Origin: Octopus sinensis
Lineage: Eukaryota
DNA: 64,000 nucleotides
Direction of reading: 5' to 3'
Assembly (NCBI RefSeq): GCF_006345805.1
Contig: NC_043002.1
Span: forward strand, 23,746,001-23,810,000
The position numbers and the translations under genes were made by a program. Below, piece after piece: positions 1-12,435 of the stretch; the stretch's first letter is position 1, and every line of letters starts with the position of its first letter. The notes under the pieces are model-generated. The model saw only the letters and a program-made list of their open reading frames with translations. It was not told the origin of the DNA and searched no databases.

Positions 1-345
1 TTCTATATGGCACCTGCAACTGTGATGAGGTCACCTGGTAACTTGCAAGACAAGACCCCTCAAATGATCAGGGAGTGGTATTCACACTTACACACACAAT
101 AGATTCTGTTTCCCTCTACGAATTCTACTCATAAGGTATTGGTCAGCGAAAAGCTATAGTAGAAGACACATGTGGTAGGAGTGAACTGGAAGCCATATTG
201 TTACAAAGTGAACTTCACAACTAGGCCATCAGGTTGGCAACAATGCATATATATGTGTATATATTTATACACACACACACACACACACATACATACATTT
301 ATATTTATATGTATATATTTATATACATACACATATATATATGTG

Positions 346-693
346 TGAACCTTGCTCAGAGATTTAATATAGTATGAATATATATTAATATATATATATA
401 TTTATACATATATATATATTTATACATATATAAATATGTATATATATTTATATATGTACATATATATAAATATATATATATGTTTATGTATAAATATATA
501 GATATATAAATTTATGTATAAATATATATATATATACACATTTTTATATACATGTATATTTATATATATATAAATATGTATATATTTATAAATATATATA
601 TATTTATAATAATATACGTAAATATATATATATATATTTATATATCTATATATATTTATATATTCATACTATATTAAATCTGAGTGAGGTTCA
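346..693. repeat. ~37-bp inverted repeat pair enclosing a degenerate (TA)n tract
   Basis: tgaaccttgctcagagatttaatatagtatgaatata (346-382) is an imperfect reverse complement of tatattcatactatattaaatctgagtgaggttca (659-693). Confidence 0.7.
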
Positions 694-716
694 TATATAT
701 ATAATATACAGAAATA

Positions 717-1818
717 TCTACTACATATGTGGAAAATCGGTGTGTTTTTGTTTGTGGCATTGTTAGCTAACTCCTCCTACATCATTTTATTGATTTTGAT
801 GTATCTTGACATGTGAATAGAACTCCATATCTACCTCATATAACTAATTTTTTTAAACACCCAAGGAAAATAACCCATAGCACCTGTACAATATATTTTT
901 AAACACTCAAGGGAAATAACCCATTTCATTTTTTATGTTTGATTACTTTGAATATTGATTTTTTTTGTGTGTCCTATTTCTAATTTTTGCAGACAATATC
1001 ACTTTTATACTTTATTTGACATGTGAGTATAACTCATGTGTGGAAACCTCGTGACATACATAAATTGTTGATAAAAATCAATGATAGGGCCCTTGCAATG
1101 GATCCTTCTATCTACTACATATTACTAATATTTTATTTAAACACCCCAAGGGAAATAACCCATACCACCTGCAGATTTTAGAGAAGCAATCAATATTTGA
1201 TTCTCACAATCAGCTAACTTAATTCTGCATTTCACTACTCACAGTTTTGAACTGCTAAACATTATTATTGCATTTCCTTAATTTGAACCTTAAACATTAA
1301 GCATTTCTATACATACATACTTTTTGAATGCCCATTACTCCGATGATTCTGCATTTTTACAGTTAGGCTTTTTCCATGACAGTAGATAAATTTTTTATTC
1401 CACAGTGTATTTGTAGTGCCTTCATGCAGGCATAGTGTGGATTCGGTCCTTGATAGCCAAATTTCACTTAACACTTCAACAGCACTTTTCTCGTGGTAAA
1501 ACAATACCTTTTCTGTGAATGATAGCAGTTATACATTTCCCAGATGCCTTCACTAAGCAGAATAATGTCTTTGCCTCTCGCCAACCTCCGACAATCTCTC
1601 TCACCAACTTCCAACAATCTTTCCTGCCAACCTCCAGAAACCTCTCTTGCCAACTTACAACAATCTCTCCCTAATCCAGCTGACAGATGTTTGTAATTTT
1701 CCGTGACAGAAAATACATCTTTTGTTGCAGTTATGAGGAAATTGCTTTCTTATATCAGAGTAATAAGGCATTTCAATAGAACATCTTTACCCCCAGGAAT
1801 TACCATGTGCACCAGCTA

Positions 1819-1819
<1 letters not shown>
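717..1819 (+). mobile_element. Possible non-autonomous Helitron-like element
   Basis: Begins A|TCTACTAC and ends CTAG|T; internal subrepeats aaacac(c)caagg(g)aaataaccca at ~855, ~901 and ~1139. The 3' hairpin is poorly preserved. Confidence 0.4.
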
Positions 1820-1855
<36 letters not shown>

Positions 1856-1899
1856 TATACATATATATATTCATATACATATATATCTTTATATATAAT

Positions 1900-2105
1900 T
1901 CTTTTATTTGTTTCAGTCATTTGACTGCAGCTATGCTGGAGCACCACCTTTAGTCAAACAAATCAACCCCAGGACTTATACTTTGTAAGCCTATTACTTA
2001 TTTTATCAGTCACTTTTGCTGATAAGTTACAGGGATGTGACCACACCAACATCAGTTGTCAAGCGACGGTGGGGGACAAACACAGACACACAAACATACA
2101 CACAC
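1900..2105 (-). mobile_element. SINE 3' portion (cephalopod-type tRNA-derived family)
   Basis: tttcagtcatttgactgc...gctggagcaccacctttagtc...cccaggacttat recurs at 5472, 7741, 24844 and 58259, and inverted at ~15500, ~16280 and ~55280. Confidence 0.8.
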
Positions 2106-2146
2106 ACATGCACTAATGCACTACACACATACACACACACATACAT

Positions 2147-2425
2147 ACATCATCATCATCATCGTTTAACGTCCGTTCTCCATGCTAGCATGGGTTGGAA
2201 GGTTCGACCGGGGATCTGGGAAGCCAGAAGGCTGCACCAGGCTCCGGTCTTATCTGGAAATGTTTCTACAACTGGATGCCCTTCCTAACGCCAACCACTC
2301 CGTGAGTGTAGTGGGTGCTTTTTACGTGTCACCTGCACTGGTGCCAGGCGAGGCTGGCATCGGCCACGGTCGGATTGGTGCATTTTACGTGCCACCGACA
2401 CAGAAGCCAGTCGAGGCGGCCATAA
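2147..2425 (-). mobile_element. SINE/short retroposon with RTE-like 3' end and (GAT)n tail
   Basis: catcatcatcgtttaacgtccg...ccatgctagcatgggttgg...ggatgcccttcctaacgccaacc, shared with copies at 11136, 14761, 28080 and 51740, and inverted at 41740-42152. Confidence 0.8.
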
Positions 2426-2555
2426 AGGCATAACACAGAGGGAGTAGCTTGCGGTCTGGACAAAAACATTGATGAGATGAGTGAGGAAAAGGATGATATT
2501 GATGGGAGAAGACAAAAGATGCCTGCCGATCTTTTGCCTCTCTGAAACATTATTC

Positions 2556-4072
2556 TTTTTTTTTTTACACAGTAAAAACAATATGAGGTATTAAACCTCT
2601 TAGTTTAGTTCCATATTTCATTATAAATTGAGACCCTGAGCCTCTTACAAACAATAAACTCAAAGAAACAACAAACCGAGGCATTAAACCTCTTATCTTA
2701 ATTTTGATACACAATACGAGGCACTAAGCCTCTTAATTTTTTCCGCCCCGCTGTCATCCGACCAGGCTCAATGCCTCACTCAAGCACCTTGATGGTGCTA
2801 GTTTGGGGTGCTTCAGCATGAAGCGGAATGTGTCTTTGGGGAAGGAATCCATTACCTCGAACAAATTTGTTTCCTACACAACCTTTGCAGCCACCTGCGG
2901 AGGTCAGGGTTCTTGGGACAGGTAAGAATCCCTTCCCTTCAACCTTTTTTATTAAACTTTTTGATCATTTTTTTGATTTCCCCTCCTTTGTGGAACAGGA
3001 CTACAAATTCCTCTTCCACATGAGGAGTGTCCTCAAATCCCCTCCTCCAGTGGCACAATTGCCACTGATGGGGTTTCTAGACATGCCGGCAGTGTACTAG
3101 CAACTGCCAGCAATGCCCCATTTTTCTTTTTTCTTCTTTTCTCCTTTATGACAGGAGGGTGGAGTTCTTTTGTTTTGTCTGGAAGATTTTCCTTCCCTCT
3201 CGCCGCCTCAGGATCCATTGGCGGGCAATCAGTGTTGCCCACCTTTCTTTTATCTTTTTTCAAGGAGGTCTTCACCTCCTTGAATGCCTCCATCTCTCCC
3301 TCAGATGGGGGAGCAGGGGGCACTGCTTTTGTTAACTGCTTCAGGACCTCACCTTGGTCTTGGGGGCAGTTAACAAAAGCAGACCTGGTTCCAAGCACAG
3401 GTGACACTTAGGGGTGGGGGTGGGGGCATCCCTCAAGAATCACTGGATACCTAGAACCAGCCATCCTCAAAAAATCTGGAAAAACCAGATCATTGGCTGA
3501 TTGGGTCTACAGAGTCAAAACCGCTTTTGATCCCACCCAATAAGCTTCAGGCAACACTTTAACATTAATGAGCTTGGCTCCGCTGCAACCCAGACCCTGG
3601 TGGATAGTGTCTTCTATCCACTCAGGTTCTATTCTGGATGGCAGCACACAGACCCAAGCTCTTGTTAATTTCTTCCCACCATATGTGGGAAGAAACAGTA
3701 TTTTTTGCCCTTCTAAGGGCTGGCTCGTAAAATTGCAACTCTCCTTAGGGGTGTCAAATAGCAACCACACCGTCGCATACCTGACACCCCTGGCAATAAA
3801 CTTAATAGTTGGCAGACATTCTGCTAACTCTTTTTCTACCTCAATTCGAGGGAATACCGTAATAGTGTCAAGAGACTTACAATAAGTTCTCAACACTACA
3901 GTTCTCTCATTGAAATTTTCCAACCACTTGCCTTGGAGGCACAATTTCCCAATCCAAAGCAGTTTTTTTTTGCCATGTTTGCAGAAAAAGAAAATTAAAT
4001 AGTTCAAAATAAGCAGTTTAACACAGTCAAAAATAAATAAAAGAGCAGAAAGACAGCTCAGAGAAAAAGAAG
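2556..4072 (-). mobile_element. Decayed ORF1-only non-LTR retroelement (L1/Tx1-type ORF1 with zinc knuckle; HAL1-like)
   Basis: Minus-strand ORF pieces 3507-4007 and 3033-3407. Across a 1-nt frameshift at ~3366-3407 the sequence reads C-HL-C-LEPG-(H)-AFVN-C (CX2CX4HX4C), followed by a basic low-complexity tail. Poly(A) at 2556-2566; no EN/RT seen. Confidence 0.6.
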
Positions 4073-4220
4073 GTAAGCAAGCTACTTACCTCACAGCCAC
4101 TCCTGTACCTATATATATAAATATATATACTTATATACATATATATATATATATGTATATTATATATATATATATATATGTATATGTATTTTATATATAT
4201 ATATATATATATGTATAGTA

Positions 4221-4952
4221 GAATATTAAAATAACTAAGTCTCTCTAAAAGAGACAGCGGCAGCGTTCCCGGAAAATAATAGTATCACATAATTACTAAT
4301 ATGGCATTCTTATAAAAATAAGAAAAAAAAAAGCTGTCCGCTTATTAGCCATGAGGCCATCGCCTTAAGTTAGCTATTGATCACAAACTATCATATAACC
4401 TTCGAACAACTGAAAACAAGGGATGGTATTCCACCGCAAACTAGGTAAATAAAACCATCGAAGAGATTGTCGGAAGCGACACTACTGGCTGGCTACGCTG
4501 CATTGAAAAGGGGCAAACCCCGAAACGCATCTGTAGCTGCGGTCAAGTAGTGTGGAGCGACGACCTCCCTTGTTCGAAGGTTATATGGATACAGTTTGTT
4601 GTATCAAATAGCTAACTTAAGGCGATGGCCTCATGGAGCTAATAAGCGGACAGCTTTTTTTTTCTTATTTTTATAAGAATGCCATATTAGTATGGTGATA
4701 ACTATTATTTTCGGGAACGCTGCCGCTGTTCTCTTTAGAGAGACTTAGTTATTTTAATATTTCTTATTGAAAACAAGTGGATGTATTCCACCGAAAACTA
4801 GGTAAATAAAACCATCGAACAGAGATTGTCGGAAGCGACACCTACTGGCTGGCTACGCTGCATTGAAAAGGGGCAATACACCGAAACGCGTCTGTAGCTG
4901 CCGGTCAAGTAGTGTGGAGCGACTGACCTCCCTTGTTCGAAGGTTATATGGA
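4221..4952. mobile_element. Penelope-pLTR/retrozyme-like element: inverted segment plus ~357-bp tandem units, running into the assembly gap
   Basis: 4221-4409 is the reverse complement of ~4570-4763; 4412-4590 repeats at 4769-4952; (TA)n lies immediately to the left. Confidence 0.75.
4857..4898 (+). ncRNA. Variant minimal type I hammerhead ribozyme motif (second copy at 4497-4537)
   Basis: gctgca-TTGAAAAG-gggcaatacacc-GAAA-cgcg-TC-tgtagc. Helix I extends further (ggctggc/gccggtc, ctact/agtag) and helix III is the palindrome ACGCGT. The core deviates from CUGANGA. Confidence 0.6.
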
Positions 4953-5052
4953 NNNNNNNNNNNNNNNNNNNNNNNNNNNNNNNNNNNNNNNNNNNNNNNN
5001 NNNNNNNNNNNNNNNNNNNNNNNNNNNNNNNNNNNNNNNNNNNNNNNNNNNN
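4953..5052. other. Assembly gap (100 N)
   Basis: Run of N. Confidence 0.99.
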
Positions 5053-5450
5053 CAAGTAGCTTGCAAGACAAAGACTTCTCAGTTGAGAGAAGGAGTGGAA
5101 CTGAGGGAAAAAGTTTAGAGTTTAATAGAGGGTGAGAGATAGTTGTCTTACTATAGAGGAGATACATGGCTATCCCTGTAGGACAGGGAAGGAGTAAGGG
5201 AGTTAAAGAGAAAGATGGAGAGAGAGAGAAATAGATGGTGTTGGAGATATATTGAGACCTATCTATAGAGAATAGCAGTGGGGAGTATAAGTAGTACAGA
5301 GGAGATAGAGGGGTATGTTTGATAATAAATGTGAAGGGAAAGGTTTAGAGATGGGCAAGACATGACTGTTGCAAATGATGGTGACAGAAAATGAAGTGGC
5401 TGAGAGGAGGTTGTGGTAGATGTGTCAGAGCATGGAGAGTGTGTGGATAT

Positions 5451-5857
5451 ACTCTTTACTCTTTTATGTGTTTCAGTCATTTGACTGCGGCCATGCTGGA
5501 GCACCACCTTTAGTTGAGCAAATCAACCCCAGGACTTATTCTTTGTAAATCTAGTACTTATTCTATCGGTCTCTTTTGCTCAACTGCTAAGTTACAGGTA
5601 TGTAAACACACCAGCATCAGTTGTCAAGTGATGGTGGGGAGACAAACAGACACACAAACATATACATACACATACATATATATATACATATATACGTTGG
5701 GCTTCTTTCAGTTTCTGTCTACCAAATCTACTCACATGGCTTTAGTCGGCCCAAGGCTATAGTAGAAGACACTTGCCCAAGGTGCCACGCTGTGGGAATG
5801 AACCTGGAACCATGTGGTTGGTAAGCAAGCTACTTACCACACTGCTACTCCTGCACC
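5451..5857 (-). mobile_element. Near full-length tRNA-derived SINE
   Basis: Minus-strand head with A-box-like gtagcagtgtggtaag and B-box-like ggttca, an internal microsatellite, and the 3' body with a (taaaagag)n tail. A similar full copy lies at 24820-25217. Confidence 0.85.
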
Positions 5858-5912
<55 letters not shown>

Positions 5913-8683
5913 GACACTGGAGTAAGACGTGGTCCTCTGACCCATTGGATCCCATCAAAACACTCAACCCATGAGAACATGGCAAGTGATGATTGGGTAT
6001 AAAATGATGATGATGATATGGGTGTTTTTTAAAAAGTGTCCAAATATATGTCTGGTTTAATGGTGTAAAGGTAGATGAAAGATAAAATATCCTCCTGGAT
6101 AGGACACCAGTCTACTATAGGTAGCATACTTAAACTTTTTGCTCTTTCCAGCTCATAGGAGGCCATTGACAACTTTTCTTCATTGTTCTTTACTTTAAGC
6201 CATCTTTTCTGGTTCTCTCCAGTTGGACCCATGCTTTTTCAGCTCTTTGGCCTTGCAGCTCCTTTTTGAATTTTGCTGCACCATGTCATATGTTTCCCCA
6301 AGGTAAGGACTTCCTCTCTCAGGTCTTGTTAGTTTTGAATTGTCGTTGATGCTTCTGCAACTTTGCTTTTTCTAGGTAGAGGTGTCGATCCTACACAAAC
6401 CCTTATGGCCTCTATTCTTTGACCTACACAGCATGGGAAGCCCAACCAAAAGTTTGAGCTCTTCTGGAATAGTTCTCAGCGTCATTCCACTGCACCACGA
6501 TAAAGTCAGCCTTGTTTTGTACTTGAATTAGAAACGATTATTTCTTTGAATAAAAGAGCACAGTAAAGTTGACTCTTTGCCAATATGGGTGAATCGCATT
6601 GACATACAGAACAACAATTATGATTGGAAGAAGGAAAGAGATAAAACCCATACATTTAGAGGTTCCCTCGTATTGATGACATTGATACAGATAGTTATTC
6701 AAGATAACAACAGCTGTTGTGTCTCCTTAGACAAGATGTGCTACTTCATCATCGTCCCTCTAACTCTATAATAGGTACTACCACCTTTATTGGTTTTATC
6801 CATTGTGTCAAGTCACCTTAGACAAGACCCTTTACTTCACTGCACCTACTTAGATGTATCTCCACTTCCTGCTGTAGTTTCCTTTTACAAGACACTCTAC
6901 TTTTACAAACTGTATAATATCTACCGTTACTTGAAAACAGGTTTGAAATGAAGGCATATGAACTAAGCAGTCCAAAACGTTATATATTTGACTACATTCT
7001 CTCTGCATTGAAGTTGGGTGGAAGTGGGGGTGGGAGAGAAAATAGAGATGATGACAATGATGATGATGTAGTTTGAGTAATATGTCAAGAAGTCACTCTC
7101 CTGTTACTGAACTCACATCTATCTGTCAGACTTGCTATTGTATTCATACTCTCAATCTGATTACATACAATATGGCGATACTCTATTCTGTATATGTGTT
7201 ACTGCACCAAAATCTGTCTTTGGATTTACTTGTTGCATTCTGGGCAATGATGTCTCTTCTATTATTCTAATCCTTTTTTTTTTAAAACCTAGGCACAGCA
7301 AAAAAAAAAAATGCTTTGTTTCTTTTACCAGGATATAAAGGAAACTTTGCAAGTGAGAAGTATCAACTCCTGATCAACTAATCCTATAACAAACAGTCAC
7401 TCTCTACCAAATGGATTTGTTAGCTACAAGAAAATCTACAATGACAGCAGTATTATTAAAAGGGGCATGGTGGGAAGAGGGAAAGGAAGAAAAAAACTAT
7501 GACTCATATGTTACTACAGTAGGAAGCTACTCATCAATGTATTGACTTATTCTCAAACCAGAAAACAGTTTCAAATATTTTTTTACACCTGAGTGAACTC
7601 TGCTGAATACATCTCTGACAAAGTCCTGGTGGTGATGTTGACAATGACCTCAGATTAAGGTTATAATGATGCAGACTGTGACTTCCATATTAAAGGTGAT
7701 GATGATGGTAGCAGCCATGATCTCTTTACTTTTTTATTTGTTCCAGTCATTTGAGAGCAACTATGCTGGAGCACCTCCTTTAGTCAAACAAATCGACCCC
7801 AGGACCCATTCTTTGTAAGCCTGGTACTTATTCTATCGGTCTCTATTACCAAACTGCTAAGTTACAGGGATGTAACCACACCAGCATCAGTTGTCAAGTG
7901 ATAGTGGGGCAACAAACACAGACACACATACACACACACACACACACGACAGGCTTCTTTCAGCTTCCGTTTACCAAATCCACTCACAAGGCTTTGGTTG
8001 GCCCAAAGCTATAGTAGAAGACACTTGCCCAAGGTGCCAGAGTTTACTTCAATTGACTAAGTCTTCTTCCTAAGAAATTTTTGACCTTGAAGAAATCACT
8101 ATTTTTGGACATGTTATTTGCAAAATACAATCAATATACCAATGCTGTAAATTCCTTATAATATCCACTACATTCTTGATTCAAATCCCATATGGAGTTC
8201 ATTTTTCCTTACCTCTTTCCTAGGTGGAACAGGCATGGCTGTGTCGTTAAGAAGCTTATCCCTCAACCATGTAGTTTTTGGTTTGGCCCCACTCCATGGC
8301 ATTTTTGACAAGTGTCATATATATATATTTGTAGAGATGCATGTGTTTATGTATACCCATGTCTAGATATCACATGATGGTTGTAAATAAGTATTACAGC
8401 CATACAAGTGAGGTTCTTCATTTCCAGTCTTCTGTAAAAAAAAAAAGGACACATCTAGCTATGGTGAAATTATTACTTTGCTTGGAAACATTTGAAAGTT
8501 GTAACAAGAAGAGCATTCAGCTGTAGAAAATCTACCTCAGCAAATTCCATCTCACCTATGCAACCATGAAAATGCTAATGCTAGTTGATGATGATGGTGG
8601 TGGTGGTGGTAGTTGTGATGATGATGATGATGAGGAGGAGGAGGAGGAGGACCAGTTAAGTACTGGTGTCAATTCAACTTTAA

Positions 8684-8903
8684 ACCTTTCGCTACCAACC
8701 TGGCTGAAACTGGCTCTGGCTCTGAGTACAAATGTCTTGTTTTCATAAGTTCTTAATTAAAATTTTCCACCAAACCTATATCACAATTAATGTTCCTAAC
8801 ACTAGCTTAATGATAACTAAGTTATTTTACTAAATTCTTTGTTATATTTAAAGTAATTGAAAGAAACACAGTGCATCTCAAAATAAATACAGTAATGAAA
8901 GGG
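8684..8903. mobile_element. piggyBac-type MITE, family A
   Basis: TTAA at both ends (8680-8683, 8904-8907) and an AAAGGG right terminus; ~220 bp; relatives at 9206-9427, ~23960-24180 and ~28885-29060. Confidence 0.75.
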
Positions 8904-9205
8904 TTAAGCAGAATTCTTAGAATGTTGAACAAAATCTTTGTGGTACTTAGTTACACCTCTGTACATTCTGAATTTAAATCTTGCCAAGTTCAACTTGGCT
9001 TTTCATCTGTGTGTGTGGTTGATCAAATAAAGTACTAGGCAAATACTGAAGTTAATTTGTTTTCTTATAAGGCATCTGAGTTATGAATGGAACTATAACT
9101 GTAAGATGTACTTCCCATCATCCTGAAAATTCGTTCAGTTGTGTCTAGGGAACTCTCTATCACCATCTTATTTTTCCTCTGGTATATGATATTAATTCCT
9201 TTTAA

Positions 9206-9427
9206 CCCTTTCGTTACCAACCTGGCTGAAACTGGCTCTGGCTCTGTAGTACAAATCTTTTGTTTTCAGAAGTTTTGAATTAAAATCTTCCACCAAACCT
9301 TTTCTCACAATTTATGTTCCTAACACTTACTTAATGATAACTAAGTTACTTTACTAAATTGTTTGTTATATTTAAAGTAACTGAAAGAAACACACAGCAT
9401 CTCAAAATAGATACGGTAACAAAAAGG
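9206..9427. mobile_element. piggyBac-type MITE, family A
   Basis: TTAA|CCCTTTCGTTACC ... GGTAACAAAAAGG|TTAA terminal inverted repeats. Confidence 0.8.
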
Positions 9428-10344
9428 TTAAGCTTTCTGTCAATTGATATCTTTTGAATTTGGAGGCCTCTTGTTTTCTATTTTTAGATTAACTCTAGAT
9501 TGGCCCTAATTAAGCAGATTTCTGATGGAAAGCATTCCAGTTATGACCAGCAAGTCCAAAGCGTCTTTTTTGTTAGGAGAGTAGGATGTAATTTGAGGGA
9601 GATTTAGCTGCTATTTCTATTAAGATGTGCAATGGACGGCAGAATTAGCAAGGCAACTGGCAAACAATATGCTTTGTGGCATTTAACTATATACATTTGT
9701 GTTCTGAGTTCAAAGCACACAAGACTCTACAAGGTGAGTACCAGTCATATACTTGGTCAGTCATTCAGTTATATACTCTTTCCCCTACAAACCTGAGACA
9801 TTGTGAGAAATTATTATTGAAGGACAGTAGTTGTGGTTACACAGAAACACTACAGGAATGGCCTAAATGCTTTGCAATATTTACTTTGGACAAGTGTCCT
9901 TTACCATCATGTTGGTTAGACCCTTCTGAATGAAACAGGATTGATGGAAACTGTGTGGAAGCAGCTCAAATGAATTGTGCCTGTTCTTGGTTGGTAAACT
10001 TAGTCTGTCACCATGCTTAACACCACCACCACCTTGAGCCTTTGGGCACCTATAGCTAAGTTCATTCTGTTACAAGCATTCAGACTTTGTTCCAGTCTGA
10101 ATACAACTTCCACTCTTAGAAGTCTTGGAGGCCTTTCAAGAAAGTCATAGGCCACTTCCCTTCCTCTTTTAATTAAACCATAGAGTACCATTATCTCATT
10201 AACATGTTTTAATGCATGAGATTTATTCAAAGGTTTTATAGATCAGCCTTTGTTTAGTTGAACGATGTCCAAAGGGGTTTCCACTATCATCATCCAGTCA
10301 TTTTTATCAGTTATACAACAACAACAACAACAAAAAGATTTTAG

Positions 10345-10566
10345 TTTTTAGAAGGTTTAAGGAGTCTTGAAGATGATCCAAGGTCTAGACATCCTGCAAC
10401 TGCCACTACCAACAAAAACATTGATTGTATTCACGACATACAGATGAATGACAGACAATTAACAACAAATCAAATAGCCAGTGCAATTAGCATATCCAGT
10501 GAGAGAGTTCAGAATATTCTACACAATGAACTTGATATGATGAATGTTTCTGCTCAGTGAGTGCTT
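10345..10566 (+). pseudogene. mariner transposase N-terminal fragment
   Basis: Reads SLEDDPRSRHPATA...NDRQLTTNQIASAISISSERVQNILHNELDMMNVSAQ*V, i.e. the HTH region up to the WVPH-equivalent motif. Confidence 0.7.
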
Positions 10567-10696
10567 ATATGTATGTATGTTTGGATGTATCTGTTTTTAA
10601 TTTATATTTGATATATTCTCTCACCTCTGCCACTATTTGGCATATACAGGTGCTTACACTTATCAAGTATTCACTCTAAATTTACAGTGCCTACTT

Positions 10697-10788
10697 TATA
10701 TATATATATATATACATGTGTATAAATGTATATATATACACATATATGTATATATATGCATATATATATACATACATACATACATGTG

Positions 10789-10823
<35 letters not shown>

Positions 10824-11080
10824 GCATATATATATATACATACATACATATATATATACACATATGTGTATAAATGTATATATATACATATATATACACA
10901 TATATGTATATATATATGCATATATATATACATACATACATGTATATATATATATGCATATATATATACATACATATATATATATGTGTGTGTGTATATA
11001 TATATGTATATATATATATGTGTATATATATGTATATATATATATATATATGTGTAATATAATATATTATATATATGTGC

Positions 11081-11112
<32 letters not shown>

Positions 11113-11135
11113 GTGTATATATATATGTATATATA
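10697..11135. repeat. (TA)n/(CATA)n compound microsatellite
   Basis: Direct inspection; source of the spurious YI-rich ORFs. Confidence 0.95.
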
Positions 11136-12342
11136 TCATCATCATCATCATCATCATTTAACGTCCGCTTTCCATGCTAGCATGGGTTGGACGGTTCAAC
11201 TGGGGTCTGGGGAGCCCGAAAGCTGCACCAGTCCAGTCAGATCTGGCAGTGTTTCTACAGCTGGATGCCCTTCCTAATGCCAACCACTCCGAGAGTGTAG
11301 TGGGTGATTTTATGTGCCACCGACACAGGTGCCAGACGAGGCTGACAAACGGCCACGCTCGGATGGTGTTTTTATGTGCCACCGACACAGGTGCCAGACG
11401 AGGCTGGCAGACGGCCACGCTCGATGGTGTTTTTTATGTGCCACCGACACAGGTGCCAGACGAGGCTGGCAGACGGCCACGCTCGGATGGTGTTTTTATG
11501 TGCCACCGACACAGGTGCCAGACGAGGCTGGCAGACGCCACGCTCGGATGGTTTTTTATGTGCCACCGACACAGGTGCCAGATGAGGCTGGCAAACGGCC
11601 ACGATCGGATGGTGCTTGTTACGTGCCCACAGCACGGGGGCCAGACGATGCGGTACTGGCTACGGCCACGTTCGGATGGTTTTCTTATGTGCCACGTGCC
11701 ACCGGCACTGGTACCACAAAATATACAAATTCCATTGATGTTCATCTATTTTGATTTGTTTTGATTTGATTTGATTTTCACTTGCCTCAACAGGTCTTAA
11801 AAAGTGTCACAAGAAGGAAGGTATGCACAGGTGGACTGACTACGTCCCAGGTAGGGGCCATGGTTATGGCCTGACTAGTCTTGCCGGGTCTTCGGATGGT
11901 GTTTTTATGTGCCACCGACCAGGTGCTAGATGAGGCTGGCGAACGGCCACGATCGGATGGTGTTTGTCATGTGCCCACCGCACTGACTACGGCACTGATG
12001 GATTTCTTGTGTGCCACAGGCACTGGTACCACAAGATACAAATTCCATTGATGTTCATCTATTTTGTCTATTTTGATTTGATTTGATTTGATTTTCACTT
12101 GCCTCAACCGGTCTTCACAAGTGTCACAAGAAGGAAGGAAGGTATGCACAGGTGGACTGACTAGTCTTGCCGTGTCTTCGGAAGGTGTTTTTATGTGCCA
12201 CCGACACAGTGCCAGATGAGGCTGGCGAATGGCCATGATCGGATGGTGTTTGTTACGTGCCACAGCACGGAGGCCGGTCGATGCGGAACTGGCTACGGCC
12301 ACGTTCGGATATGTTCTCATGTGTGCCACCGGCACTGGTACC
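11136..12342 (-). mobile_element. RTE-tailed retroposon with an internal ~60-bp minisatellite and a higher-order internal duplication
   Basis: Unit tttatgtgccaccgacacaggtgccagacgaggctggcagacggccacgctcggatggtg occurs 5 times at 11310-11615; block ~11690-11980 recurs at ~12010-12270. Confidence 0.8.
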
Positions 12343-12393
12343 ATATATATGTATATATATATGTATATATATATATGTGTATATATATATGTA

Positions 12394-12435
<42 letters not shown>

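Noticed and set aside
10637-11277. Long YI/CM-rich ORFs
   Set aside because: Translations of TA/CATA microsatellite.
11310-11615. Regular ~60-bp repeats resembling a CRISPR array
   Set aside because: No unique spacers and no cas genes; the unit is part of a eukaryotic retroposon found elsewhere in the window.
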